DNA from: Craspedostauros australis
Lineage: Eukaryota
Length of the DNA stretch: 64,000 nt
NCBI GenBank assembly: GCA_030167865.1
Contig: JALAGF010000714.1
Coordinates: 1-64,000 of the forward strand
Direction of reading: 5' to 3'
A program made the position numbers and the translations under genes. Below are positions 47,492 through 57,667 of the stretch, piece after piece. The notes beneath the pieces are model-generated. The model did no database searches and had not been told where the DNA came from. It was given only the letters and a program-made list of their open reading frames with translations. Within the stretch, counting starts at the first letter, position 1. Each line of letters opens with the position of its first letter.

Positions 47492-50400
47492 TTACATGGC
47501 GTCGTCCGTCTCGGCAAGGAGAAAGTTGACCCATTTCTCGCGAACGTTCTGACCTTCCAAATGCTCGATGTCAGCCTTCGTTTCTGGCAACGGCGCAGCG
47601 ACGGCGCCGACGATGCGATTCCTCACGCTCTCGATGTCCATGTGCGTGAGATGGACCTTCTCCCTCTCCTCCTCCGTGAAATGCAGCACGCTGGCCATGA
47701 GCTCCAGCACCTGCTGACGCTTCGTCTTCTCCTTCATGGTGCACCAATCGAGCAGGATGTTCTTCATGAGCGTGCGATCAATTACATCCTCCTGCGTGGT
47801 CTGCAACCGGTGGATGGCCTCGTCCAACGAACGTCGCGTCTGGAGATTCTCCGTCTTGAGGCTGGAAATCTTGCGTTCCAGAAGCGTGACTTCTTCCATG
47901 GAGTTGCGCACGGCGGCGTCTGCCGCTGCCTGGACTTGCTTCATCTCCGACATGTGCGTCTGCTTGATGGCTTCGATTGCGGTAGCATGTGCGGCCCGTA
48001 TCGCCTCCTCCAGATCCAGCCTGTGCTCTTCCGTGAGACGCATCTCGGCCTCTCTTTCATCCTGAAATGCCTCCAACGCCGTTTGCAGATTGGTGCTGGC
48101 CATCGTAATTCGTTCGCAATCGGCCTTGGCAATTTCCAGGTCGCCAAGGGTCGCCGCCAGCTGTTGCTTCAGATCGCGGACTCCCGCCAAGGCTTCATCG
48201 CGTTCCATTTCCACCTGGGAGTGGGACGAGATTGCGGATTGGACGGCCGACTGGTTCTTGGACCGTTCACGGCTCAGCTCTTCTCGCATCATGGTTAACT
48301 CCATCTGTTGTCCAGGGTGAGGGCGAGGATGAGGGTAAGGTTGGTGGTCGAGTACAATCACGGAATAAGTAACGGTCAACGGTCAACGGGCAATGAACTG
48401 TGAGATGCGGGGCACTTCAGCAAAAGTAATAGAGATCGAATTGATACGCGACAGAGGCTGCTGTCTCGCCATTGACATCTGAGTATCAAACGCAGCACAA
48501 ACCAACCCAAGCCTCACGGATGGCAGCACCAACGCACACGCAAGAGCATGAATGCGAATACGAATACGAACACACTCACCTGCAAGGATCCCGCCATCGT
48601 CGCATCCTGCTCCAAAGATTGCGTCTTCGACTGCATCTGAGCGTAGGCTGCTTCCACGTTATGCAAGTGCGCCTGCAGCTCCTCGTTCTCCTTGTGCAGC
48701 TGGTTGATTTCTTCGTCGGCTTCATCCGCGTCTTCTTTGTGTTCCTTCATGGACGACTTCAACGTGTCTACCATCTTTTGCAACCGCGACACCTCGACTT
48801 CACGATCATCGAGCATGGCCAACGTCTGGGCCATCTTGTCTTCGACCATTCGAATGGCGTTCTTTTCGCGTTGATCAGCCTGCGTGAGATCCCGATCATG
48901 CTGTTTGCTCAACCGTTGGAACCGTGACTCGGCATCCTCCGCGCGCTGCTCCATTTGATGCAGAAGCTGCTTGAATTCCTGCTGCTGCAGCACCACGGCC
49001 TTGCGCTCTTCGGCGGCCTTCGCCTCGAGGTGGTGGATTTGGGACAGCAGATCATCCTTGATTCGCAGCATCTCATTCTGATGATCCTCACTTGACGCCT
49101 CCATCAACCGTGCCTCCTTGGTTTGGAAGCTGAGCATGAGCTGCTCCTTTTCGGCTGTCGCTGCGTCGACCTGTTGCTGCGCGAGGTGCTGCGCTTCTTC
49201 CATCTTTCCCCGCGCTTCTGTGAGTTGCAGTTCCATTTGCTGGCATCGTTCCTCCAGCTCCTCGACCTTCGCTTTGGCTTTGTCATCGATCGGTTGCTCA
49301 AGCTGCTGTGTCTGCTCCGATTCACCCTTGCCTTCGCCCGAAGCTTGCGACGCCTTCGCAAGCTCCAAGTCTGCCTGCAGCTGTTTGCACTGTTCCTCCA
49401 GTTCTCCAATGCGCTGGTCCTTAGCCTGAATGTCCAGTGATACGCCGTTGTCTGCCGCCTCGGCCTGTTCTGTTCCGTTGAATGTCGCTGCAGCAGATAG
49501 GGTAGTCTTCTCGAGTTGATCGGAAAGGTCCTTGATTTGCTGTTCGTGCTGTGCCTGGATCTCGGCACGCTGGGTCTGTTCCGCAGATAGCTTCTGGGCC
49601 ATGGACTGCATCTCGCCATCGTGCTTCTGCTGCATCTGCTCCATCTTGTCATGCTCTTGCTGAAAGCTCTGTGCCGCCTGGTCTTGTTGCTGGGCGGACT
49701 GCGCCAATTGCTTGGACAGCTCCAGCATGCGATCATTGGCTTCGAGCTGCGCCTGCTTCATGAGTTCCATCTGATCGCGCAGTTCGGCGGCCTCCGTCTG
49801 CGCCCTTTCTCTCTGCAGCTGCAGTTGATCCATGCGCTGCTGCCACTGCTGTTGCTGCAATCGCAGTTCCTGTTCTTGCTGCAATCGTTGCTGATCGAGC
49901 AATTCTTGTCGCTGCAACGCCTCGGCTTCGACCTGCCGCGTTCTCTGAGCAGCCTCATCCACCAGCTTCTGCTGCAGCATCCCCAGCTGCTGTTCGAGCT
50001 GCTTCTGCTGTTCCATCTGTACGGCACGAATGTCGGAAGTGTCGGCCGGCTGTTCATGCGCTGGTGTGACTGCATCTTGCGGCTCCGCTCCCATCTGTGG
50101 CATTTCTGCCTGTTGCTCCACCTTGTTGACATCGACATCCGCACGCACCGGCCGCGTGTTCTGCGTATCGAGCTGCTGCAGCTGAGCCTCCTGTTTCTGC
50201 AACCGTTCCTGCCGCTGTCTCCTGCGTTCCTCCCGTGCCGATTCGCGAGATGGTGCTACCGAACCTGCGGTGGATAGTGCCGGTGCCGTGGCTGCCGATG
50301 ATGGTGGCATCACACTTGTACCTGCGTGCGATCCTCCCTGCGCTGGCATGATGGATGCCAGACGTGGCTTTGGAGCCGAAGACGGCGCCACCGAGACTCC

Positions 50401-50793
50401 TGCCGCAGCCTTGGGAGCGCCGTTGGATTGAAAGACGCTCTGGAACATGCCGCCTCCGTCGTGGCCATCCTCGCCTTCATATTCACCTTCTCCATCGGCA
50501 TAATCAGCATAGTCAGCATCATCGCCATCATCCTGAGGACGAGAGTCATCCAACGCTCGCGCGAGAATGCCAACCAATCCCAAACCACCCTTGCTGCCTT
50601 CTGCGCCCTCCTCCTCCTCGTCGTCGTAGTACTCGTCTTCATCGTCGTAGTATCCCTCCTCTCCATCATCGTAGACGCCATCATCGTCGTCGTAGTCTCC
50701 GCCATCCGCTGGAGGAGCCACAGCATCTCCCAGCTTCTTCAAAGTTGAGTTCAGATCCTGGCCTCCCAACTGACCAGCCAAACGTCCCCACAT
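47492..50793 (-). CDS. Golgin with C-terminal GRAB domain (GMAP-210/Rud3-like); exons 50793-48580 and 48304-47492 (1008 aa)
   Basis: Long Q/E-rich coiled coil; VIDRTLMKNILLDW...QVLELMASVLHFTEEEREKV (GRAB) and EKWVNFLLAET (GA1-like motif); phase-0 GTGAGT...CAG intron. Confidence 0.82.
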
Positions 50794-51208
50794 GGTTCGC
50801 AACGATGCGGTCGATTCGATTCTGGTGCTGCTCTCTCGATTCGAGTAGATGGTTCGTCCTACGCTCTGTGCTGGGCCTTGGGCAAGGATCGTTGTTGCCT
50901 CTGACTGTGTGTGTGAGTGAGTGAGTCTGCTCTGAATGGGGTTGGCCTCTTGCGTTTGGATTCGTCTTCCTTGCCTTTGGCTCCTCTGTGGAATGTCTCG
51001 ACCGTTGCGTCGCGTTGTGTCGCGTTGTGTCGGAGCGTGGTGTTCCCAAAACAAGGATTTTCCGTCGAGTCGTTGGTTGCCGAGTCGTGGCAGGCATTCT
51101 CGCTGCGACGACGTCTACGGGATTGTATCTAGAGAACAAGATTGGGAAGTTGAACACCCTGGAGAAATGAATCAACCGCGTTTCGACACAGACTCGCTCC
51201 GGCCTCTT

Positions 51209-51231
51209 GAGAGAGAGAGAGAGAGAGAGAG
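51209..51231 (+). repeat. (GA)n microsatellite, about 11 units
   Basis: Direct reading. Confidence 0.9.
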
Positions 51232-51344
51232 TACAAGAGGGTATCCATGATGGCTCATCACCACTATGGTTGTATGCATAATAGTTGATACTACTCTACT
51301 CTACTCTGCTTCTGTGTAGCATCAATAGCGTTGCTAATTCAGCG

Positions 51345-52790
51345 CTATCGCCTTGCGCTTGAATCGAGCCGTTGCCTTCGTTCGTGCAACTCTTTCATAC
51401 CATCTCCCACCCATTGTATTTTCGACGTCCCCAGAGCAGCTGGCAACTTCGCTCGTGTCGAGTTGCGTGTCGCATGTTGCTCCTTGCCATCTGCAATCAG
51501 CTGCTGCAAGTGCGCTGCGATGGCTGCCCTTCCCTCCGTCACCTTGGCTTTCAGATGCTTCTTCAACTCCAGGTCTGCCTTGTACCGCGTGCCGTGGATA
51601 TTCACGTGATGGACCACCACCCAATCTTCCAGCCGCTGCCTGTGCTCACCCTCGTACACCCGCGATATCCATCCGTCGATGTAGTAATTGTCGAACTCCT
51701 CGGGATAGTACCGCCCATCGAAGATCTCCAGATGCGTCCTGTGCACCATGTCGTGAGTCAGAATGGCCGTGTTGCCTTCGCGACACGTCGGACCGACGAC
51801 GCCGACGTTGCCCATCGCCCGCAATGCCGCCACGCCTTTGCGCACCCAACCTCGCGTCGCAAATTCGGTGTCATCGTTGATGCGCGTAATATAATCGGCG
51901 CCGTATTCGTAGCAGGCCAGACAGATTTCGTTGTTGGGAATGCGATGTTGCTTCGATTTCTGGATGCGCAGCACGTTGATCGGCAACGTTGCGTTGTTGC
52001 GCGTGTGATTTGCGAGCAGGGTGGAAGCATGGGCGTTCCAAAATGCATCGTCGTCATCCATTCCGATCACCACCTCGATTTGGAAGTCTTGTCGTTCTTG
52101 GGCTGTGATCGTGCGTTCCAACGATGGCAGCAGGATATTGAACAGCGATGTGTCGTGCACCGATTCCCAGGTCGGCACTGATCTTGTCGGCACTGCGATT
52201 GCGATCACCGGCTTGCGGCGCGTTCCAGTTGTGCTATTGCTAATGTTGCCGCTGCTGCTGGCTGGTGGCGCCCTTGTGTTCTGTGGGAGACTGTTGGCGT
52301 TGGCATTCCACCGGTTCAGGTCACCCAAAGTGAGATAAAAGCACAGTAGCGATGCAACTCCTGTGCGGACCATCCATCTGAAGACGCATCGCTTCTCACA
52401 CGCACTGCGTTGACGCAGCCAAAGCCATGGTGGCAATGCGGATGATGATGCTGATGCTGCTGTTGCGGATAGCGATGCGGATAGTGATGGCGAAGGTGGC
52501 GACGGAGGTCGCGACGTAGGTGGAGACGGCGACCGCGACTGCGATCGGGACTGCGACCTGAACAATGATGATGATCCGCTGCAGGGCGAAGAAGACGATG
52601 CCGGTGATACTGGCCGTGTCAGTCTCTGTCGTGCAAACATCGGAGTCTGTCCAGTCTCATGAGAACTTGGCTCCTCTTCCTTCCCGTGCTGCGCAGTGTT
52701 CATCGATCCATCATCTCGCATCGTTGCTCTTTGCATACTCTCATCGAAGTATCTGCCGCCCCCTCTGTCTTTCTGTCTGTTCCTCATCAT
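51345..52790 (-). CDS. Type II membrane GT-A fold glycosyltransferase (GT2-like)
   Basis: TM TGVASLLCFYLTL, IAIAVPTR, RINDDTEF (DxD-like), VGVVGP, ILTHDMVHRTH, FDNYYIDGWISRVY. Confidence 0.78.
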   Translation of the reverse strand: MMRNRQKDRGGGRYFDESMQRATMRDDGSMNTAQHGKEEEPSSHETGQTPMFARQRLTRPVSPASSSSPCSGSSSLFRSQSRSQSRSPSPPTSRPPSPPSPSLSASLSATAASASSSALPPWLWLRQRSACEKRCVFRWMVRTGVASLLCFYLTLGDLNRWNANANSLPQNTRAPPASSSGNISNSTTGTRRKPVIAIAVPTRSVPTWESVHDTSLFNILLPSLERTITAQERQDFQIEVVIGMDDDDAFWNAHASTLLANHTRNNATLPINVLRIQKSKQHRIPNNEICLACYEYGADYITRINDDTEFATRGWVRKGVAALRAMGNVGVVGPTCREGNTAILTHDMVHRTHLEIFDGRYYPEEFDNYYIDGWISRVYEGEHRQRLEDWVVVHHVNIHGTRYKADLELKKHLKAKVTEGRAAIAAHLQQLIADGKEQHATRNSTRAKLPAALGTSKIQWVGDGMKELHERRQRLDSSARR

Positions 52791-53657
52791 CTTCTCTGTT
52801 TCACTTTGCGACGAGTGGTGTCGATCCCAAAGCCCGTCTTTCTGCGGTGATCTGTCCTGACACGATGGCTTGCTTTCGTTTCCTTCCCCCGCCGACTCTC
52901 GCTCACCGACTCTCGCTCACCTCCTCTCGCCACGGACAAGAAACGTGTGGATACGCTCGTTGAAGCGTGGATTGGTTCTTCTCAGTCGACTAATGCGACT
53001 AGCAGTTGGCGACATCTTGGCGCGAGTTGTTTTTTGGCGCCTTTCCGCGTTAACGTCATTTAACGCCATTCTGGTCTCCAACCAACACGCTCTCGATTCT
53101 CACTTCTAACGGTCAAGTTGAAGTTCATGTTGTTCCAGCTTGATTGTCGTGTTTGACAACGTTCTTCAGCATCATCATCTAGTCTCTTCTTCGTAGCATG
53201 TTCTCGTTGTTCGGTTTTTGCGTGGTTTGTTGTGCGAACCAGCGAGAAGAAGAAATGATTCCGTTCCCGTTTTGTGTTCTCACAACCACGGAAACAGAAC
53301 CGTTGGTGTGACACATGTACACATCGCCACGAGGTTTTTTTGGATCTCTCATTTCGTCTCTCTGTTCGTTGTGCGAAAGGGCGTTTGTGACCGACGCAAC
53401 AAAGATCTCTGATTGTGCACATTGAATCTGGATTGCACAAGTGGTCCTGTCCCTTCTGCCTTGGTCTGCCCAGTCTGTTGCGGTTATTGCAATACTTCTC
53501 GTACGAGGATTGCGGCATCCTCATTGCTTCGAACTCGGAGAAGAGGGCAGAGAATAGGGCGAGGCCAAGATACACAACCACAACAACCACAACAACCATC
53601 GCACACGCAAGCACAAGCGTAAACGCGAAGGCAACCTCGGAGGCAGTTCAGGCGACG

Positions 53658-56600
53658 ATGTGCCGAAGAAGACACGGTCACAGCGGCGCTGCGGCGCATG
53701 GACCAGCAGCTGTGGCGTCGCCGGCCATGGCCATTGCAGCGACGCTCGTGTCTGTCGCATCGCTGGCGGTTGCGTACGTCTACCGTCAGAAGCAGAAGCG
53801 CCAGGCGAAGACTATCGAGGAGCTCGAAGAGCAGCTGAGGAATCAGGCGCAGAGCGGAGGACAGACAAGCCGGTCGGTTGACTTCTCCGCCTACGCAGGA
53901 GGCAAGAAGGCACGATCGTCTTCATCTTCGGCGGCAGGGACTGCAGGAACTGCAGGCACAAAGCCATCAACTGACGGAAAGGAGAATGAGAAGCAGCAGA
54001 ATACGCAAAAGAAGCAAAAGAAGCTGACGCTGGAAGACACCCACGCACTGTACGAAGATGGTCTGCGCGTCAAGCCGATCGGCACGGTCCGTTCCATCTA
54101 CCGCCTCTGCGTGGGGACCCCGCGACAGGGGTTGCTGGCGCCACACGCTCGTGGCCGCATCGACCTGCTCAACGTGGGCAATTCGTTCGCGCAGCACTCT
54201 GTGCAGGGACTGGAAGGTTACTCCCACATCTGGGTGGTGTTCATCTTCCATCTCAACACCCAAGCCAAGAGCGGCTCATCCAGAATCACCACGAAGGTCG
54301 CACCGCCGGCGCTCGGCGGGAAGAAGGTCGGGATTCTGGCAACTCGCACGCCCCATCGGTTCAACCCCGTGGGCCTCACGTTGTGCAAGCTCGATCGCGT
54401 CGAAGTCGAGGGGCAGAACGTGTCCTTGCACATCTCCGGCCTGGATCTGGTGGATGGCACACCCGTGTTGGACATCAAGCCCTTCGTGCCTGTCTACGAC
54501 ACAGTTCCACCAGAGCAAGTGAGTCTGCCACCGTGGGTGTCTGGTGGATTGGCGACGCAACGCAAGGTCACGGTCACCAAACTCGCCAAGGATGAACTCA
54601 GAACGATCCTCGAGAAGCACCCGGACGCTTTGGAATTCTACGGTCCCCAGGCCAATGCACCATCCGCAAGCAAGATCGGCGGCGGAGATGCGGCCTCGAA
54701 GCCCATCGACGCAACAGTAGACGACGTGCTGGGTTGCATCCAGCAGGTGCTGTCCATGGACGTCCGAAGCTCATGGCAAACGCGGAAGGCGCGCGAAGGC
54801 AAGTTCCAGGCGGAGCGTGCTGGTCGCGTCGTCGAAACCGCGGGCGGAACGAACATGGTCGAAGCGTCGGAAGATGACGCATCTTCGCCAACGCTCCTGT
54901 GCACGCAGCAGCTGGACAACTTGCTTGTTCACTACTCCGTATCGGAAAGTGCCGACAGGAAGCGTGACACGTCGGAAGGCAGCGGCGCCGAAGACACCAT
55001 CTTCGTCAAGACGATCCAGCTGCTCAACGAACCAACGTCCTCGGTCACTTCAACCGTTCGGACTTTGCCGGAGGACAAGGCGTCGAAGTCACCGAAGGTT
55101 GCGTTGAAGCATACTCAGTATCCGGTACAGCCCAACAACCAAGGAAAGGGCACCCTCAACCTCCCCAAACTCAAGAAGGTCGTCACACCAACGGCGGATG
55201 CAAAATCTAAAGCTGAGGAAGATGCTTTCCACTTCCGCGACTACCGCCGACTCAAGAAGTACTGGAACACAGCAGCCACTAACAATACACCAGACGGTGT
55301 TCTCCCAGATCGCCCACGCACGGGTGGCCCCGGATCGTCGTCCCATCATTCATCGCGTAGAGGATACGGCCATTCGGACGGCGCCAGCATCCGATCATCT
55401 GCGCCCTCATCGGCCGCCACCACACCCACGTCGTCGCCCCAATCACATGCTCGTGCGAACAGATCAGTGATGATGTCTGGCTCCTCAATCAACATAGCGA
55501 AGTTGACGGCGGGTGACAACCAAGTGGATGATTCCAAGCCGGTAGAGGTCACAACCAGCGATGAATCGGCCAACCAGAATCAGTTGCCATCAGTTGTGGA
55601 AACAAGGCCCATGGAAGCTGATACACAAGATGTGGGCGGTTTCAAGGTCGCAAAGAAGAAGGCGGATGAGCCAGTGGCACCAGTTTCTGCAACAACCGCG
55701 GACGTTGGTGGATTCAAGGTTGCAAAGAAAGTGGAGACGCCAGATGCTGCAGCAGCGGCAACAACGGAAGATGTCGGAGGGTTCAAGATCGCAAAGAAAG
55801 CGGATCCACCAAGTCCAGCGACGACCGCTGATGTCGGTGGTTTCAAGGTTGCAAAGAAGGCGGACGAAACGGCTCCTGTGTCGACAACTGATGTCGGCGG
55901 GTTCAAGGTCGCGAAGAAAGTGGATGAACCAGTTGCTGCTGCAACAGCGGCAACAACGGAAGATGTCGGAGGGTTCAAGATCGCGAAGAAGACGGAGACG
56001 GAGATAGAGACGCCAGATGCTGCAGCAGTGGCAGCAACAGAAGATGTTGGTGGATTCAAGGTCGCGAAGAAGATGGACGAAGCAGCTTCTCCTGCAACGG
56101 CTGATGTCGGTGGTTTCAAGGTTGCCAAGAAGACGGAGACGGAGATAGAGACGCCAGATGTTGCAGCAGTTACGGCAACGGAAGATATTGGCGGCTTCAA
56201 GGTTGCAAAGAAAGCAGATGAGCCGGTTGCAGTGACGACAGCTGATGTTGGCGGATTCCAGGTCGCCAAGAAAGCAGCTCCTGCAGCGGCGGTGGCGGCG
56301 TCAACAGACGTTGGCGGATTCAAGGTGGCAAAACAGGTAGAACTTCCACAACAGGACATTGAAACAACGATGACAGAGGAGGTGAGCGGTTTCAAGGTCG
56401 CAAAGAAGGACGACGATGCAGCGCCAACACATGACGAAAGCGGACCACCATCCTCTTCACCGAACGGAGCAGCAACAACAACAACAACAGCGCAGGAAGG
56501 TGTGGCGGCTGAAGATGCCAAAGCCAAGAATGAGGATGTCGACGCCAGCGATGTTGTATCTGACCAGAAGAACGCACCAACACACGCGTCTGACGACTGG

Positions 56601-56840
56601 AGTTTGGTCGCCAACGAGCAATCCTCTCCCGAACAGTCATCCGATGAGCCTGATGATACAGACAAAGGCGAAGAGGTAGACAAAGCGGGCGTTGCGGAGT
56701 CGAACAAGGTTCAGGACGCAGACAGTGCAGAAGGTACTGCGAACGTTGCACACGAGGACGAAGCCGAAAAGGATACCGGCACGGCCAAAGCGGACGACGC
56801 AAATGAAAGCACTGAAACGGCGCAAGCTGATTCCGAATAA
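53658..56840 (+). CDS. TRMO: TrmO/TsaA (UPF0066) tRNA m6t6A37 methyltransferase domain protein with N-terminal TM and repetitive C-terminal extension (about 1060 aa)
   Basis: KPIGTVRS, GTPRQG, GLEGYSHIWVVFIFH, KVAPPALGGKKVGILATRTPHRFNPVGLT, GLDLVDGTPVLDIKPF. Confidence 0.88.
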   Translation: MCRRRHGHSGAAAHGPAAVASPAMAIAATLVSVASLAVAYVYRQKQKRQAKTIEELEEQLRNQAQSGGQTSRSVDFSAYAGGKKARSSSSSAAGTAGTAGTKPSTDGKENEKQQNTQKKQKKLTLEDTHALYEDGLRVKPIGTVRSIYRLCVGTPRQGLLAPHARGRIDLLNVGNSFAQHSVQGLEGYSHIWVVFIFHLNTQAKSGSSRITTKVAPPALGGKKVGILATRTPHRFNPVGLTLCKLDRVEVEGQNVSLHISGLDLVDGTPVLDIKPFVPVYDTVPPEQVSLPPWVSGGLATQRKVTVTKLAKDELRTILEKHPDALEFYGPQANAPSASKIGGGDAASKPIDATVDDVLGCIQQVLSMDVRSSWQTRKAREGKFQAERAGRVVETAGGTNMVEASEDDASSPTLLCTQQLDNLLVHYSVSESADRKRDTSEGSGAEDTIFVKTIQLLNEPTSSVTSTVRTLPEDKASKSPKVALKHTQYPVQPNNQGKGTLNLPKLKKVVTPTADAKSKAEEDAFHFRDYRRLKKYWNTAATNNTPDGVLPDRPRTGGPGSSSHHSSRRGYGHSDGASIRSSAPSSAATTPTSSPQSHARANRSVMMSGSSINIAKLTAGDNQVDDSKPVEVTTSDESANQNQLPSVVETRPMEADTQDVGGFKVAKKKADEPVAPVSATTADVGGFKVAKKVETPDAAAAATTEDVGGFKIAKKADPPSPATTADVGGFKVAKKADETAPVSTTDVGGFKVAKKVDEPVAAATAATTEDVGGFKIAKKTETEIETPDAAAVAATEDVGGFKVAKKMDEAASPATADVGGFKVAKKTETEIETPDVAAVTATEDIGGFKVAKKADEPVAVTTADVGGFQVAKKAAPAAAVAASTDVGGFKVAKQVELPQQDIETTMTEEVSGFKVAKKDDDAAPTHDESGPPSSSPNGAATTTTTAQEGVAAEDAKAKNEDVDASDVVSDQKNAPTHASDDWSLVANEQSSPEQSSDEPDDTDKGEEVDKAGVAESNKVQDADSAEGTANVAHEDEAEKDTGTAKADDANESTETAQADSE
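55629..56408 (+). repeat. 12 interspersed coding copies of DVGGFKVAKK separated by 10-17 aa linkers
   Basis: Direct translation; synonymous variation between copies (ggc ggt, ggt gga, gga ggg) with conserved amino acids. Confidence 0.95.
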
Positions 56841-57667
56841 AGTGACGAGGATGATGCAAAGGCCACGACCGGTGACATTGAATGCACGATCTGTGGCGAG
56901 TGCAAGTCCAAGGCATCCTTCTCGCAGAACAAATCAGGACGAAGACATCTCAATTCTCCGACTGCGTGACTAAAACATCCGCACAAGTGGCTGCAAATAT
57001 GGCATGATGAACTGGTGAATAGGTCGTCGACGGGTTGCTGCATGGATGAGCAAACGAAACGACGAATGCAGCAACTCTGATACAATAATCCTAACTGAAT
57101 GATGAATGTATGATACCCATGAAAACTGGACCATAGAGTCACCATGTGCACGTTTGAATACAATGCGATGCCACTCTTACCGCTTCCCTACTGTATATTG
57201 CGAGCATCTCTTCGCTCATCCAGCCAACAGATGCGCATCACCTACCCACCTCGGCGGCTGACATGTGTTTTCACACGAGGCAGGCCGAGAACAACGAAAC
57301 ACGCTACACTGAGAGGATCCCACAGCATCTCCTTGGGATGATGGATGGCTGTATCCGACTTCGTACTTGCATGTTACTATGCTCTCACATCAACAGAGGA
57401 ATGATGGATGATTTGGATTGGTGCAGGGCAAGTCTGTGACCTTGCGCTTTCAGATTTTGGATCTCGTTTTCTATGTGTGTCTGTGCGCCAACTCAATCCA
57501 GGTGGTGGTCATGCATCTGCCAACCAACAATTTTGGCGCGAAAATCGAAACACGATCAAAATCCACAAACGAAGGCAACAAGGAACAAAAACAACAACAG
57601 TCCCAATCATGACGCGGTAAGGACGCCCCTCCGTTCTATGGATTGACTCCCCCATGGTGACCACCTG

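Noticed and set aside
55629-56408. Repeat-spacer pattern (30-bp repeats, 30-51-bp spacers) resembling a CRISPR array
   Set aside because: Repeats vary at third codon positions, spacers are multiples of 3 and similar to each other, all lie in one open frame, and there are no cas genes in this eukaryotic context.
55580-56707. 375-aa minus-strand ORF with FATLKPPTS repeats
   Set aside because: Mirror translation of the DVGGFKVAKK array.
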